The notes under the pieces were generated by a model. The model searched no databases. It was not told the DNA's origin and saw only the letters and a program-made list of their open reading frames with translations. Of a stretch of 64,000 nucleotides of DNA, positions 1-13,754 are shown in pieces (position 1 is the stretch's first letter; the number at the start of each line of letters is the position of its first letter). Source of the DNA: Spirochaetia bacterium (GTDB taxonomy: Bacteria > Spirochaetota > Spirochaetia > SP-2023); the NCBI GenBank assembly GCA_965263295.1, contig OZ253665.1:1888001-1952000 (forward strand), written 5' to 3'. The position numbers and the translations under genes are program-made.

Positions 1-289
1 AATAAAGAAATAGGAGTTGAATTAAGGCACGAAATCTTTGAGGTAGCTGGCACGTAAAATCTATAGAGTTGAGCCCCCTTTTTAACGAAGAGAATGTCAA
101 GGTGCCCGATTAACAATGCAAGTTGTGGAGATGGCCGAAGAAATAGCCAGCTTCCCCTGGCAGAAATCACGCGCTCAGGAGACAACAAAGCTACAAGCCA
201 GTGGCCCGATATAGTGCTTAGCAGCTTGACTCAATTCATGGTTTAGACATATTCTAACGGTCCGCTAATAATTTAAGCCCATTACAAAT

Positions 290-712
290 ATGGAGGTTAC
301 CGTTGTGTTTTATACATTATTATTGGTAAGCTTATTGCTGTCTTTCATTGTATGTCTGTGCGTAGTATTATGGTTAAGAAAACCGATTGATCGGATATTT
401 CAGCGAATCATCAAAGACCCGGTAAGTTATGCTTGGTCCAAGTTTGTCCACCTTGCCACTTATTCTATCGGTATTGGCAGCGGGGTGAACACTTATAGAC
501 TTGAGCAATATCTCCCGAACAGAGATGGCGAAATACAGAATTTTAATACGGCAAGATGGGCCTTGGAAGTATATAAAACTATAATTAATACTTTGCAAGC
601 GATTAGTTGGCTGTATCTGGTAACTTTTGTTTTTACCTTGCTAGCGTATGCCATCGTACGATCCTATGAGATTAAGCAAGGCAATAATTCTTCTAATAAC
701 GAAGCGCAATAA
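290..712 (+). CDS. Hypothetical membrane protein
   Basis: 140-aa ORF with three hydrophobic segments; TTGACT-N17-TATTCT promoter-like motif upstream. Confidence 0.65.
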   Translation: MEVTVVFYTLLLVSLLLSFIVCLCVVLWLRKPIDRIFQRIIKDPVSYAWSKFVHLATYSIGIGSGVNTYRLEQYLPNRDGEIQNFNTARWALEVYKTIINTLQAISWLYLVTFVFTLLAYAIVRSYEIKQGNNSSNNEAQ

Positions 713-778
713 ATGCTTATCCTCAGCCTGGCACAAATCATAGAGAGAGGCCGGGATATTGAGGGCCCCTCTTTTCTC

Positions 779-2737
779 TCAGCCTTTCAGCAGATTAATT
801 TTGCCGCCAGCTGCCAGTACTTTACGCTCAAATTCGCTGGCCTGTAGCGTGGTCTTGACGATGCCAGCTTCATGGCCACCTTCATTAAGCTGTAGCAGAA
901 GTTCTTCAGCTCCGCCCAGTACCTGCTCGCGCAGGCGGGGCACGCCCAAGAGACAGCCCTCTTGTATGCGTTCATAATCCTGTAGATCGGCAAATACTAA
1001 TGGCAGTATACCGTTATTGATCAGGTTGGCGCGATGTATGCGGGCAAAGCTTTTGGTCAATACCACTTTGACTCCCAGGTACAGTGGTGCCAGGGCCGCG
1101 TGTTCGCGGCTCGAACCTTGGCCATAATTTTCTCCACCGACAATTATACTGCCGCCGTACTCTTCGTTGGCGGCTTTGGCATTTGGGGCAAAGTTCGGGT
1201 CGCAGGGGCGTAGACAATGCTCTGCAAGGAATGGAATATTGGAACGGTAGGGTAGCAGGCTGGCGTTAGAAGGCATTATGTGGTCGGTGGTAATGTGGTC
1301 GCCAAGCTTGATTACGACCGGGATGCTGCCCCCCTTGCGGCTGAAGCTCTCGCCGAGCGGCTCCCCCAAGGGAAAAGGCTGAATGTTTGGCCCCCGCACT
1401 ACTTCCCGATCACTTTTCGCCGGGTCGGGAGCCACCAACAAATTGTCATTCTGGCGAAATCTCTCTGGCCAGGGGATATTCCAGTCCATTTGCAACTCGC
1501 GCGGATCAGATATACAGCCTTGTATCGCACTGTAAGCGGCAGTCTCTGGGCTAGCCAGATAGACGTAGGAGTTCTTGGTCCCACTGCGGCCGCTAAAATT
1601 GCGATTAAAGGTGCGCAGCGACACGCCTTCCGACGGCGGAGCCTGCCCCATGCCAATACATGGCCCGCAACCGGTTTCGAGGATACGGGCACCGGCATCT
1701 AAAATATCATTGAGTGCGCCATTCGCGGTGATCATCGAGAGGACCTGTTTTGAACCGGGGGAAATGGTCAGGCTGACATGGGGGTGAACACAACGCCCCT
1801 TCAGGATAGTTGCGACCCTCATCAAATCCAGATACGAACTGTTAGTGCAACTGCCAATGCAGACCTGGTCCACTTTAGTGCCAACCAGGTTGCTCACTCT
1901 CACCACATTGTCCGGGCTGTGTGGCTTGGCCACGCGCGGCTCCAGAGTGCTCAGATCAATCGTGATATCCAGGTCGTAAACCGCCCCCTCGTCGGCACAC
2001 AGAGCCTGCCAGACAGCCGTGCGCCCTTGACGCTCCAGGTAGTCTTTAGTCTGCTCATCACTGGGAAACAATGAAGTTGTAGCCCCCAATTCCGCACCCA
2101 TGTTGGCAATTGTGGAACGTTCGGGAACACTAAGGTGGCGGACACCGCTACCGCAATACTCAATTACCCGGCCGACGCCTCCCTTGACGCTAAGCTGACG
2201 CAGTACTTCCAGGATGACATCCTTGGCAGCGACACCACCCCGCAGGCGACCTTGCAATTCAACGCCTACGACAGCCGGCATATTGATGGCATAGGGCTGG
2301 CCCCCCATGGCCATCGCCACGTCCTGACCGCCGGCTCCAATGGCAAGCATACCTAAACCGCCAGCGGTTGGAGTGTGGCTGTCCGAACCGATCAGAGTCT
2401 TGCCTGGCGCGCCAAAACGTTCCAAGTGCACTTGGTGGCAAATGCCATTGCCCGGTTTGGAAACCCAAATCTGGTGTTTTTCGGCCACGCTTTGGATGTA
2501 GCGATGGTCGTCGGCACTCTCAAAACCTGCCTGCAGCATATTGTGATCAATATAGGCCACCGACAGATCGGCACGAGTTTTGCCGACCCCCAAGGCTTCC
2601 AGCTGCAAATAAGCCATAGTGCCGGTAGAATCTTGAGTCAAAGTCTGATCAATGCGTATCGCTATTGGCTCTCCAGCTGCCGGCAACTCGCCTGCTCCCA
2701 CCAAGTGGGCTGCAAGGATTTTTTGAGTCAGGTTCAT
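779..2737 (-). CDS. Aconitate hydratase (single-chain aconitase family)
   Basis: Motifs GNGICHQVH, GSDSHT, IGSCTNS, CGPCIG and C-terminal swivel GENYGQGSSREHA. Confidence 0.92.
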   Translation of the reverse strand: MNLTQKILAAHLVGAGELPAAGEPIAIRIDQTLTQDSTGTMAYLQLEALGVGKTRADLSVAYIDHNMLQAGFESADDHRYIQSVAEKHQIWVSKPGNGICHQVHLERFGAPGKTLIGSDSHTPTAGGLGMLAIGAGGQDVAMAMGGQPYAINMPAVVGVELQGRLRGGVAAKDVILEVLRQLSVKGGVGRVIEYCGSGVRHLSVPERSTIANMGAELGATTSLFPSDEQTKDYLERQGRTAVWQALCADEGAVYDLDITIDLSTLEPRVAKPHSPDNVVRVSNLVGTKVDQVCIGSCTNSSYLDLMRVATILKGRCVHPHVSLTISPGSKQVLSMITANGALNDILDAGARILETGCGPCIGMGQAPPSEGVSLRTFNRNFSGRSGTKNSYVYLASPETAAYSAIQGCISDPRELQMDWNIPWPERFRQNDNLLVAPDPAKSDREVVRGPNIQPFPLGEPLGESFSRKGGSIPVVIKLGDHITTDHIMPSNASLLPYRSNIPFLAEHCLRPCDPNFAPNAKAANEEYGGSIIVGGENYGQGSSREHAALAPLYLGVKVVLTKSFARIHRANLINNGILPLVFADLQDYERIQEGCLLGVPRLREQVLGGAEELLLQLNEGGHEAGIVKTTLQASEFERKVLAAGGKINLLKG

Positions 2738-2807
2738 AAGCTTCCTTCAAAGGTTTTTATTTGGGGCTAAATTGATTCATGGCGCATTACAGCGCGAAGT
2801 ACAGGAG

Positions 2808-4175
2808 CTATCCGTTTTGCAAAAGCTGCAATTGTAATTGGGCTTCCAGTTCTTCGTCGGCAATTGAGGTGACGCGGCCTCCTTCATATTGCTGGTCGAC
2901 CCAGGCCTTGATGGCTAGTACCACGGGCGAAGTTTTGCCACATTGGGACTGCGGTAGCTCCGGGTGCTGCTGTTGTAACCAGTGCGCTATGCCGCTGGCC
3001 CCGGAAGTGTTGGAAATCGCCACGGAAACGGGCCGGTTCAACAGGTTCTCCGTATCGAAAATATTGTAAATTTCTTCATTCTTGAGAATGCCATCGGCAT
3101 GGATTCCCGCGCGGGTAATATTGAAGTCGGAGCCGACAAAAGGTGTACGCGCTGGTATTCTATAATTCAGTTCTCGTTCATAGTACTGAGCAATTTCGGT
3201 GATAACCGCAATGTCCATGCCATCTCCAGTGCCACGCAACTGGGCATATTCGAAGACCATGGCCTCCAGAGGACAATTGCCGGTACGCTCGCCAATGCCC
3301 AACAGCGAACAATTGACCGCTGACGCGCCGTAGAGCCAGGCCGCACTGGCGTTGGAGACGGCGCGATAGAAGTCGTTGTGGCCGTGCCATTCCAGCTGTG
3401 CGCTAGGGAATCCGGCATGATGCAGCAGGCCGTAAATGATGCCCCCGACACTGCGCGGAATGGCCACACCCGGAGTGCTGACGCCGTAGCCCATGGTGTC
3501 ACAAACCCTTAGTTTAACAGGGGTCCCCGCCTGTTCTGAGAGCTTGCGCAATTCAATGGCAAAGGGAATGACAAAGCCGTAGATATCGGCGCGGGTAATA
3601 TCTTCAAAGTGACATCGCACTTTGATGCCTGTTTCAAGAGCCGCTTTAACTATGCTGAGGTAATGCTCCATTGCCTGACCGCGCTTCATCTTCAATTTTT
3701 GGAAAATATGGTAATCAGAGCACGAAACCAAAATTCCGGTCTCTTGAATCTGCATATCTTTGACCAACTGGAAGTCCTTTTGAGAAGCGCGGATCCAACT
3801 GGTGATTTGTGGGAATTCATAGCCCAAGGCCCGACAGGCTTCGACAGCGGCGCGGTCTCGCTCGCTGTAAAGAAAAAACTCCGACTGGCGGATCAGCCCC
3901 TTGGGGCCACCCAAGCGGTGCAGGAATTTATACAGCTGGACAATTTGTTCCACTGTATACGGTGTGCGAGACTGCTGACCGTCGCGGAAGGTGGTATCTG
4001 TAATCCAGATATCATCCGGCATGTGAATAGGGACCACACGGTGGTTGAAGGCAATGCGCGGGACTTCAGTATATGGAAAGTGCTCGCGGTACAATTGGGG
4101 CTCGTCGATATCCTGCAAGGCATATTCAAAATTTTTGGCTTCAAGCAGGTTACTTCGCTTAGTCAATTCTAGCAT
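2808..4175 (-). CDS. Re-citrate synthase-like DRE-TIM metallolyase (isopropylmalate/homocitrate synthase superfamily)
   Basis: DTTFRDGQQ, HGHND, GIGERTGN and AGIHADG motifs; no LeuA regulatory domain; directly upstream of aconitase. Confidence 0.8.
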   Translation of the reverse strand: MLELTKRSNLLEAKNFEYALQDIDEPQLYREHFPYTEVPRIAFNHRVVPIHMPDDIWITDTTFRDGQQSRTPYTVEQIVQLYKFLHRLGGPKGLIRQSEFFLYSERDRAAVEACRALGYEFPQITSWIRASQKDFQLVKDMQIQETGILVSCSDYHIFQKLKMKRGQAMEHYLSIVKAALETGIKVRCHFEDITRADIYGFVIPFAIELRKLSEQAGTPVKLRVCDTMGYGVSTPGVAIPRSVGGIIYGLLHHAGFPSAQLEWHGHNDFYRAVSNASAAWLYGASAVNCSLLGIGERTGNCPLEAMVFEYAQLRGTGDGMDIAVITEIAQYYERELNYRIPARTPFVGSDFNITRAGIHADGILKNEEIYNIFDTENLLNRPVSVAISNTSGASGIAHWLQQQHPELPQSQCGKTSPVVLAIKAWVDQQYEGGRVTSIADEELEAQLQLQLLQNG

Positions 4176-4360
4176 TAGTAAGGCTCCTTTTAAGGCACTG
4201 AGACTGGCGGCTTCACTATATCCTTACAGGCCAGGCCAAGGGAAACTGGCCACGGGAAACAGACAAAGGGAGAAACAAAATTTCTTTACTACAAATTATC
4301 GGAGCGCATTAGACGACATAAAAGAAGAGCAAGTTTATTTTATACCTGTTGTCACATAGC

Positions 4361-4390
4361 CGTAAGCGGGGCCTTTAGGCCCCGCTTACG
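4361..4390. terminator. Hairpin downstream of ferritin
   Basis: CGTAAGCGGGGCCT-TT-AGGCCCCGCTTACG inverted repeat. Confidence 0.6.
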
Positions 4391-4411
4391 AGATTACAAA
4401 ATTTACGGGGT

Positions 4412-4930
4412 CTAGTCTCCTGACTCCGCTGAGCGTTCCAACAAGCGCTCATCAATAGCCAGCAGGGCGGCCACGTTGTCGCCGGCCATTTCCAAGCGAT
4501 CGACAATATCGTCCACAGAAGATTCTTCCTTGCGTTGCTCTGCCAAGAACCACTGCATGAACTCAAAAGTTCCAAAGTCTTTCTCTTCAAAAGCTTGCCC
4601 GACAATCGCATTGATGCGCCTGGTAATAACTTGCTCGTGTTCAAAAGCTTTCTGGAAGCATTCAAGCAGGCTGCCCGGCTGGACCTCAGGTTTTTGGACC
4701 GCTTCCACCAAGGCTTTGCCATGCTTCTCTACAATGTACTCAAAGACTCGCATACCGTGTTCATGCTCTTGGATGAATTGCTGGTGGAACCAGTGGGCTG
4801 CACCATGCCATTTCATTTCATGGCAAGACGCAGACAAGGCTAGATTAGTATAGGCCGAGTTCATTTCAAAGTTAAAATGCTCGTTTAAGCTCGCAAACAT
4901 TTCTTTGCTGACTAATGAGTTATGTCCCAT
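4412..4930 (-). CDS. ftnA: Non-heme ferritin
   Basis: Ferroxidase-type motifs (E..S.Y, EHEH, FEHEQ, FMQWFLAEQ.KEE); RBS GAGGAG. Confidence 0.88.
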   Translation of the reverse strand: MGHNSLVSKEMFASLNEHFNFEMNSAYTNLALSASCHEMKWHGAAHWFHQQFIQEHEHGMRVFEYIVEKHGKALVEAVQKPEVQPGSLLECFQKAFEHEQVITRRINAIVGQAFEEKDFGTFEFMQWFLAEQRKEESSVDDIVDRLEMAGDNVAALLAIDERLLERSAESGD

Positions 4931-5012
4931 AGATGTCTCCTCATTGATATTTTATAATATCAATATTATACACAAAACACACAACTAATACAAGTTCATC
5001 TAATATTTTTAT

Positions 5013-5052
5013 GCCCTGGGGATATAATTATATATAATTATATCCCCAGGGC
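5013..5052. repeat. Perfect 40-bp palindrome downstream of 5S rRNA
   Basis: GCCCTGGGGATATAATTATA|TATAATTATATCCCCAGGGC. Confidence 0.9.
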
Positions 5053-5078
5053 GACTCTGCCCTTAGAATACAAAAAAA

Positions 5079-5188
5079 GCCGGCAACGACCTACTCTCCC
5101 AGCTCTCGCTAGTACCATCGGCGCTGAAGAGCTTAACTACTGAGTTCGGAATGGTTTCAGGTGTTTCCTCTTCGCTATCGTCACCGGC
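5079..5188 (-). rRNA. rrf: 5S rRNA
   Basis: Reverse complement has CCATTCCGAACTCAGTAGTTAAGC and GATGGTACT...GAGAGTAGGTCGTTGCCGG; ends pair. Confidence 0.95.
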
Positions 5189-5240
5189 ATTATCATACAA
5201 AACTATAACGCTCAAATCACGCCAAGGATGGGCAATAATA

Positions 5241-8187
<2,947 letters not shown>

Positions 8188-8212
8188 TATTATTACTCAT
8201 CCTTCGCTTTGC

Positions 8213-8279
8213 TGTCAAAGAGCGCCCCCTCTCGCTGGAGGGTGAAGCGTAATTTAATGATCTCATCCTCAACTGTCAA
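8213..8279 (-). promoter_or_regulatory. Sigma70 promoter plus boxA antiterminator for the 23S-5S unit
   Basis: Minus strand TTGACA(8279-8274)-N17-TAAATT(8256-8251), then GCTCTTTGACA boxA-like motif (8223-8213). Confidence 0.8.
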
Positions 8280-8311
8280 GCTCATAGCAACACAAAATCT
8301 TAATTTTTTTC

Positions 8312-9547
8312 TCATCCTTGCTGCTGGCGCGACAAAATGCTGGGCACGCGATTCTGACGCAGGCGATAGGCGTCGGGCATCCGCGAGCCCAACAGCGGAC
8401 GCAGATACATGCGGAAAGCATCGGTTATATTAGTGCCGCTCTCGCTAATGAACTCATCAGGCATGGTCCTGGTCTTGCCCGCCACATCCCGCAGGTTGCT
8501 GAGCTGATAGTCGACGGAATAGAAACCCGTGCGATGGATGGTCACAGAACCGTCGGCATCTCCCCACATGGCATACTGAACCGCCTTTTCGCCCACCTCG
8601 CGCGCCTCGCGCTGGTCGACGTCCGAGACACAGCCCACAAAACAGCGCTGCATGTAGCCAAAGGTATCCGCGCGCACGCGCTTGTAAGGTAGCTTGGCCT
8701 TGATTTCGCCACACAAGAGGTCGGCCAAGGCCCCTGTGCCCGAAAGCTGCACGTTGCCGTGGGCATCGCGCTCCACCTCCTTGACCAGATTGAGCGCCAT
8801 AGGCACACCATTGGAATCGTGAATGCCTTCAGAGAGGGCGATCACACAACGCCCATATTTTTCCATGGTCGCCTTCACATCCGCGAGGAACGAAGCGATC
8901 GAAAAAGAGCGCTCCGGCATGTAGATCAGGTGCGGACCGTCATCGGGAAACTTTTTGCCCAAGGCGGAGGCGGCCGTCAGGAATCCCGCGTGGCGTCCCA
9001 TCACCACCCCTAGATAGACGCCGGGCAGCGCCCAGTTGTCCAGATTCGCCCCCATGAAGGCTTGCGCGACAAAGCGCGCCGCCGAAGGGAATCCGGGACA
9101 ATGATCGTTGACCATCAGATCGTTGTCAATCGTCTTGGGGATGTGGATACAGCGCAGGGGATACTTCGCTGCCTGGGCCTGCTCAGAAACGATGCGCACG
9201 GTATCCGAACTATCGTTGCCACCAATATAAAAGAAATAGCCAATCTGGTGCGCCTGAAGGACGCGAAAAATCTCCTGGCAGTATTTCAGGTCGGGCTTGT
9301 CGCGAATGGAGCCCAAGGCCGAAGAAGGAGTCTGCGCCACCATCTCCAGATTGTGGGTGGTCTCCTGAGTCAGGTCAAAAAATTCCTCATCGACGATGCC
9401 CCGCACGCCGTGAAACGCGCCATATACCTTTTCGACGGCGCTGAATTTACGCGATTCCAAAACCACGCCAACCATGGATTGGTTAATTACGGCGGTGGGG
9501 CCACCGCCCTGGGCCACCAGAATTTTGCCACTGTTCAAATTGTCCAT
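8312..9547 (-). CDS. pfkA: 6-phosphofructokinase (PfkA family, possibly PPi-dependent)
   Basis: GGGPTAVIN, IGGNDS, PKTIDND, MGRHAG motifs; start at ATG 9547 after AAGGAGG. Confidence 0.88.
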   Translation of the reverse strand: MDNLNSGKILVAQGGGPTAVINQSMVGVVLESRKFSAVEKVYGAFHGVRGIVDEEFFDLTQETTHNLEMVAQTPSSALGSIRDKPDLKYCQEIFRVLQAHQIGYFFYIGGNDSSDTVRIVSEQAQAAKYPLRCIHIPKTIDNDLMVNDHCPGFPSAARFVAQAFMGANLDNWALPGVYLGVVMGRHAGFLTAASALGKKFPDDGPHLIYMPERSFSIASFLADVKATMEKYGRCVIALSEGIHDSNGVPMALNLVKEVERDAHGNVQLSGTGALADLLCGEIKAKLPYKRVRADTFGYMQRCFVGCVSDVDQREAREVGEKAVQYAMWGDADGSVTIHRTGFYSVDYQLSNLRDVAGKTRTMPDEFISESGTNITDAFRMYLRPLLGSRMPDAYRLRQNRVPSILSRQQQG

Positions 9548-10178
9548 ATGAAGACCTCCTTCATCCTCCGGCACAAAGAGCCCGTAATAGCCGCACATTC
9601 TTGTTTATTCCGGTTATTCACTGCCAGCTGCTCCCCGCAGCGCCCTTTGTCCCGTTTCTTTATTTAAATCTGCCAGTCTGCCGGCTAGCAAACTGAAGCC
9701 ACTAGCTCATAGCCTCGGTATCATAACCGCTTGCCGCCCACGCAGCAAGGCAAACCGAGGCAACACAGACTTTGAAGATTCCACGTCGGCGATGACAAAA
9801 ATTCTATTTCTTCCTGATTGACTCAAGCTGCTAAGCATTACAACAACACGCTGAGCCGGATTATCGCAGTCTGCATGAATGGATATTTTAAGCCGGTTAT
9901 AAATAGAAAATAATGAAAAATAACAATTTTTATTTAAAAAAATATTGATTAAAATATAGATTTTTAGTAAATTATACTTATCAGTGGTTAATACCACAAG
10001 CAAATTTCAAATGACAATTCAAAATGGTATTTCATCGAAAATCGAAACTCAAAATGCATTGCAAACAATGTGGAATAAATATCGTTGGTATTTTGCCTGC
10101 CCGGTTTTTGCGTCGGATTTTTGCCCTTTGGGATATCTACTTCGGGGATATCTATTTTGAATTTAAGGGGGCAAGCTT

Positions 10179-12005
10179 ATGTCGACCAAAAACATTTGGG
10201 GGAAAACAAGAAAGTTCAGCATATATATGCTGACTCTCCTGCTACTTGCAGGCTGTGATGACACTGCAAAACACAAAGGAATCCCCAAGAGTGTTTTTCA
10301 CATTAAACAAAAAGATATCGAAAGCCAGGCTTTTACTAATGCATCAGAGCAGTCGATAGTCTACATTGTCGACAAATTTGAGAAAGACGGCGAGCTTGTC
10401 TACGATAGCCATCAACCTGAAGATAAGCGCATCGTCAACCAAAAGATCTGGGATGGGTGCAAAATTGAGTGGGGCCTGCGCAAAAAAGGCACGTCAAAAA
10501 TATACACGTGTGACAAAGAGCAAGTTACAGAAGAGAATAAAGCCGAATTTACTCTGTCGAAGACAATGCCGTCAGGCTTCCCGGTAGAAGAACTGAACCT
10601 CCAAAAGATATCAGGCATAGAAATCAGCGCCCAATTGATTTTGCCTGATGGTACCTCAATTGTAAACGACAAAACTGATGAGAATTTGCTACCCGATGAA
10701 ATTGCTCAAAAACTAATTGGGGAAACTTTAAAGGCAGAAAGTAAAAAAGGTGATGATGTAGATAAAGGCCAAAAAAGCAAGACCCAAACTGAGACTTCTA
10801 GCAGTAAAGGGTCAGGGGTAGAAGCCACAGATAAAGGTGATGATAAAGGCCAAAAAGGACGGATGGGAACCACAGGAGAATCAAGCGCTACCTCCACTAC
10901 TACTGTGACTGAGGAAGGAGAGTCTGAAGTATTAGAGGAAGCCGAAACAGAAGGAACAGTAGCTAAGGAGATAACAACTACTATTACTACTACTGAAGTT
11001 GAATCTACTGAAACTGCTACTGTTCCTTCTGTTTCATCAAAGCTTGCTCAATATGAAAATACGTTGAAATCTAAATTCAAAGAAACTTTTAGCAAATATT
11101 ATGAAAAGGAAAACCAAGTCCTGTCCCTGGGCACAAAAGCGGAAGAACAGGGTGATGATGTCTTGTATGCCCTGTCTTTCGACAGCATTGATTCTTCACA
11201 AGTCAATAAATTTAAGCACTTGTTTTTGAAAACCATACTGTGGAAAAGCAAAGCCAATGGCATGTTTCAGAAAATCAAGAGTACGCAATCCAATTTTTAC
11301 ATCTCCCTGGGAAAGCAAGATCCTGAAAAACTTGTCCTGCGCGTGAAGGACATAGATAAAATAGACGGGTTAAAAAGCTTTTTCACGGATAAAACTTACC
11401 GCGTGGAAAAAATAGACAACAAAGTCACTTTTACATCGACCAAAGGAGGGAAAAAATTGTCGGCATTCATTGCCCCGCAATCGCGCCCGGTAACGGTAAA
11501 TGATCTGCAGGGCAAGAGATTCTGTAACAATGATTTAATCAAAGGAACTGAAGAAGATGCAAATGATAAAATTCATCGCTTTCTCAAATTTCCACCGAAT
11601 ATGAACCGTAAAGAAGGAAAGGATGCGCAATGGCAGTATGAGCGGACTCATAATAATAAAAATTATAAAGTGCATCAGGATATGGAATGGAAATTTAATC
11701 CAGAGAATGGCCTGTTAGAAATCATTACCATGAAAGCTTTTATATTCATTAAGATTAATAATCAAAATGATAAGAGGCATCGCATTAAAGAAGATGAAAA
11801 CTTGAACTGGATGAAAAATTATGAACAGTTTGAACTGAGTGGGTATCTCAAATGGAGCGAAACGGAAAAAGGCAAATTAGTTTTAGAGGCCGAGGGCCCA
11901 TTGCCAAAAACTTGTCAAGATCCAATGAGCTTCTGGTTCTATAAAGACTTTGGTACACATGAATTCAAAGATAAAGTTATCTTGGAGGAATCAAAATCAA
12001 AATAG
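10179..12005 (+). CDS. Putative lipoprotein with Thr/Glu/Ser low-complexity linker
   Basis: 608 aa; signal ending LLLLAGC; T/E-rich central segment. Confidence 0.75.
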   Translation: MSTKNIWGKTRKFSIYMLTLLLLAGCDDTAKHKGIPKSVFHIKQKDIESQAFTNASEQSIVYIVDKFEKDGELVYDSHQPEDKRIVNQKIWDGCKIEWGLRKKGTSKIYTCDKEQVTEENKAEFTLSKTMPSGFPVEELNLQKISGIEISAQLILPDGTSIVNDKTDENLLPDEIAQKLIGETLKAESKKGDDVDKGQKSKTQTETSSSKGSGVEATDKGDDKGQKGRMGTTGESSATSTTTVTEEGESEVLEEAETEGTVAKEITTTITTTEVESTETATVPSVSSKLAQYENTLKSKFKETFSKYYEKENQVLSLGTKAEEQGDDVLYALSFDSIDSSQVNKFKHLFLKTILWKSKANGMFQKIKSTQSNFYISLGKQDPEKLVLRVKDIDKIDGLKSFFTDKTYRVEKIDNKVTFTSTKGGKKLSAFIAPQSRPVTVNDLQGKRFCNNDLIKGTEEDANDKIHRFLKFPPNMNRKEGKDAQWQYERTHNNKNYKVHQDMEWKFNPENGLLEIITMKAFIFIKINNQNDKRHRIKEDENLNWMKNYEQFELSGYLKWSETEKGKLVLEAEGPLPKTCQDPMSFWFYKDFGTHEFKDKVILEESKSK

Positions 12006-12073
12006 AGAAGAGTGGCCAAAACTCTCTGATAGTTCTTGCTTGATCTTTGGGGCTGTGCCTGTGGCACGCCTCA

Positions 12074-13340
12074 AAGTCCCTGGCCCGCTAACCACGAAAA
12101 ACACCAAAAAAGTACGAAACCACACGAAAAATTCTAAAAAACCGCCCCTCCCGCCTCGACGCCCCCCACAGCTCCCGTTCTCCATCCAGCCCCTATTTTA
12201 ACTTTTCCCTGTCACCCGCAGCTCCCCGTCGTCGTCCCCGCGGCCCCCCTACCTAACTTTCGTGACCTTTCGCTGTCTTCGTGCACTTTCGTGGTTCCCC
12301 TTTCGTGGTCCCCACCAAGTAACCACGAAAAACACCAAAAAAGTACGAAACCACACGAAAAATTCTAAAAAACCGCCCCTCCCGCCTGAACGCCTCCCGC
12401 AGCTCCCGTCACCCATCCAGCCTCATTTTCTACCTTCTCCCTGTCACCCAAAGCTCCCCATGTGCCACCCGCGGCCCCCCCGTCTAAATTTCGTGCCTTT
12501 TCGCTGTCTTCGTGTAATTTCGTGGTTCCCCTTTCGCTGTCTTCGTGCCCTTTCGTGGTTCCTTTCGTGCCCTTCGTGGTTCCCTTCAAAGTTCCCCGGT
12601 CACCCGCAGCTCCCCGTCCTGCCCCCCGCGGCTCCCCCGTCTAGATTTCGTGACCTTTCGCTGTCTTCGTGTAATTTCGTGGTTCCTTTCGTGGTCCCCC
12701 CCCCAAGTAACCACGAAAAACACAAAAAAAGTACGAACAACACCAAAAATCCTAAAAAACCGCCCCTGCTACCTGGACGCCCCTCCTGCCTCCCGTCACC
12801 CTGTTTTCCTGTTTTCCTGTTTTCCTGACTCCCCGGTCACCCCCAGCCCCCGTCATCCATCCAGCCCCTATTTTAACTTTTCCCTGTCACCCGCAGCTCC
12901 CCATGTGCCACCCGCGGCCCCCCTGTCGCCATTTCGTGACCTTTCGCCACCTTTCGTGTAATTTCGTGGTCCCCCTTTCGTGGTCCCCCCAAGTAACCAC
13001 GAAAAACACCAAAAAAGTACGAACAACACCAAAAATTCTAAAACACCGCCCCTGCTACCTGAACGCCCCCCTCCTGCCTCCCGTCATCCATCCAGCCCCT
13101 ATTTTAACTTTTTCCCCCTGCCTCCCTGCCCCCAAAAGGAAAATTTCCGGCTCCCCTATCTAACTTTCGTGCCCTTTCGCCGTCTTCGTGCCTTTTCGTG
13201 GTCCCCCCCACGGCTCCCCTATCTAAATTTCGTGCCTTTTCGCTGTCTTCGTGTAATTTCGTGGTCCCCCTTTCGTGGTCCCCCCCCAAGTAACCACGAA
13301 AAACACAAAAAAAGTACGAACAACACGAAAATTCTAAAAA
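12074..13340 (+). repeat. Array of CACGAA/TTCGTG inverted-arm elements (5 A arms)
   Basis: TAACCACGAAAAACAC.AAAAAAGTACGAA.. arms at 12089, 12320, 12708, 12994, 13291 alternating with TTTCGTG..TTTCG..TTCGTG..TTTCGTGGT arms. Confidence 0.9.
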
Positions 13341-13742
13341 TTAAATAACCAGTCGTGTAATTGATACCTTTGGATATGTTCCAAAATTCACAAGTAATCC
13401 AAGTTTCATGCCGGTTGCTTTTAAATAATTAATCAACTGTGTCTTATGTTCGGGTGCAACAGCCTTGACAGCCTTGAGCTCAACAATAATTTTCCCATAG
13501 CAGATTAAATCCGCCTTATAAGTTTGTTGCAACGATTCACCTTTGTATGCCAAGTTTAGTTTCTTTTGCGAAACAAAGGGAATCCCATTTTTAGTAAGTT
13601 CTTTTTCAAGACATTCCTGATATACAGCTTCCAAAAAACCACACCCCATTTCGCGATACACTGCAAAAATCGCGCCCTGAATTTTATAACATTTGTCTTT
13701 AAAAAGTATTTTTTCTTGTCTCTCTTGCTTGTTGTCGTTCAC
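13341..13742 (-). CDS. GxxExxY protein (PD-(D/E)XK nuclease superfamily)
   Basis: GCGFLEAVYQECL, ADLICYGKIIVELKA, QLINYLKAT..GLLVNFG; GTG start at 13742 chosen after GGAG. Confidence 0.9.
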   Translation of the reverse strand: MNDNKQERQEKILFKDKCYKIQGAIFAVYREMGCGFLEAVYQECLEKELTKNGIPFVSQKKLNLAYKGESLQQTYKADLICYGKIIVELKAVKAVAPEHKTQLINYLKATGMKLGLLVNFGTYPKVSITRLVI

Positions 13743-13754
13743 CTTCTGCTCCAC

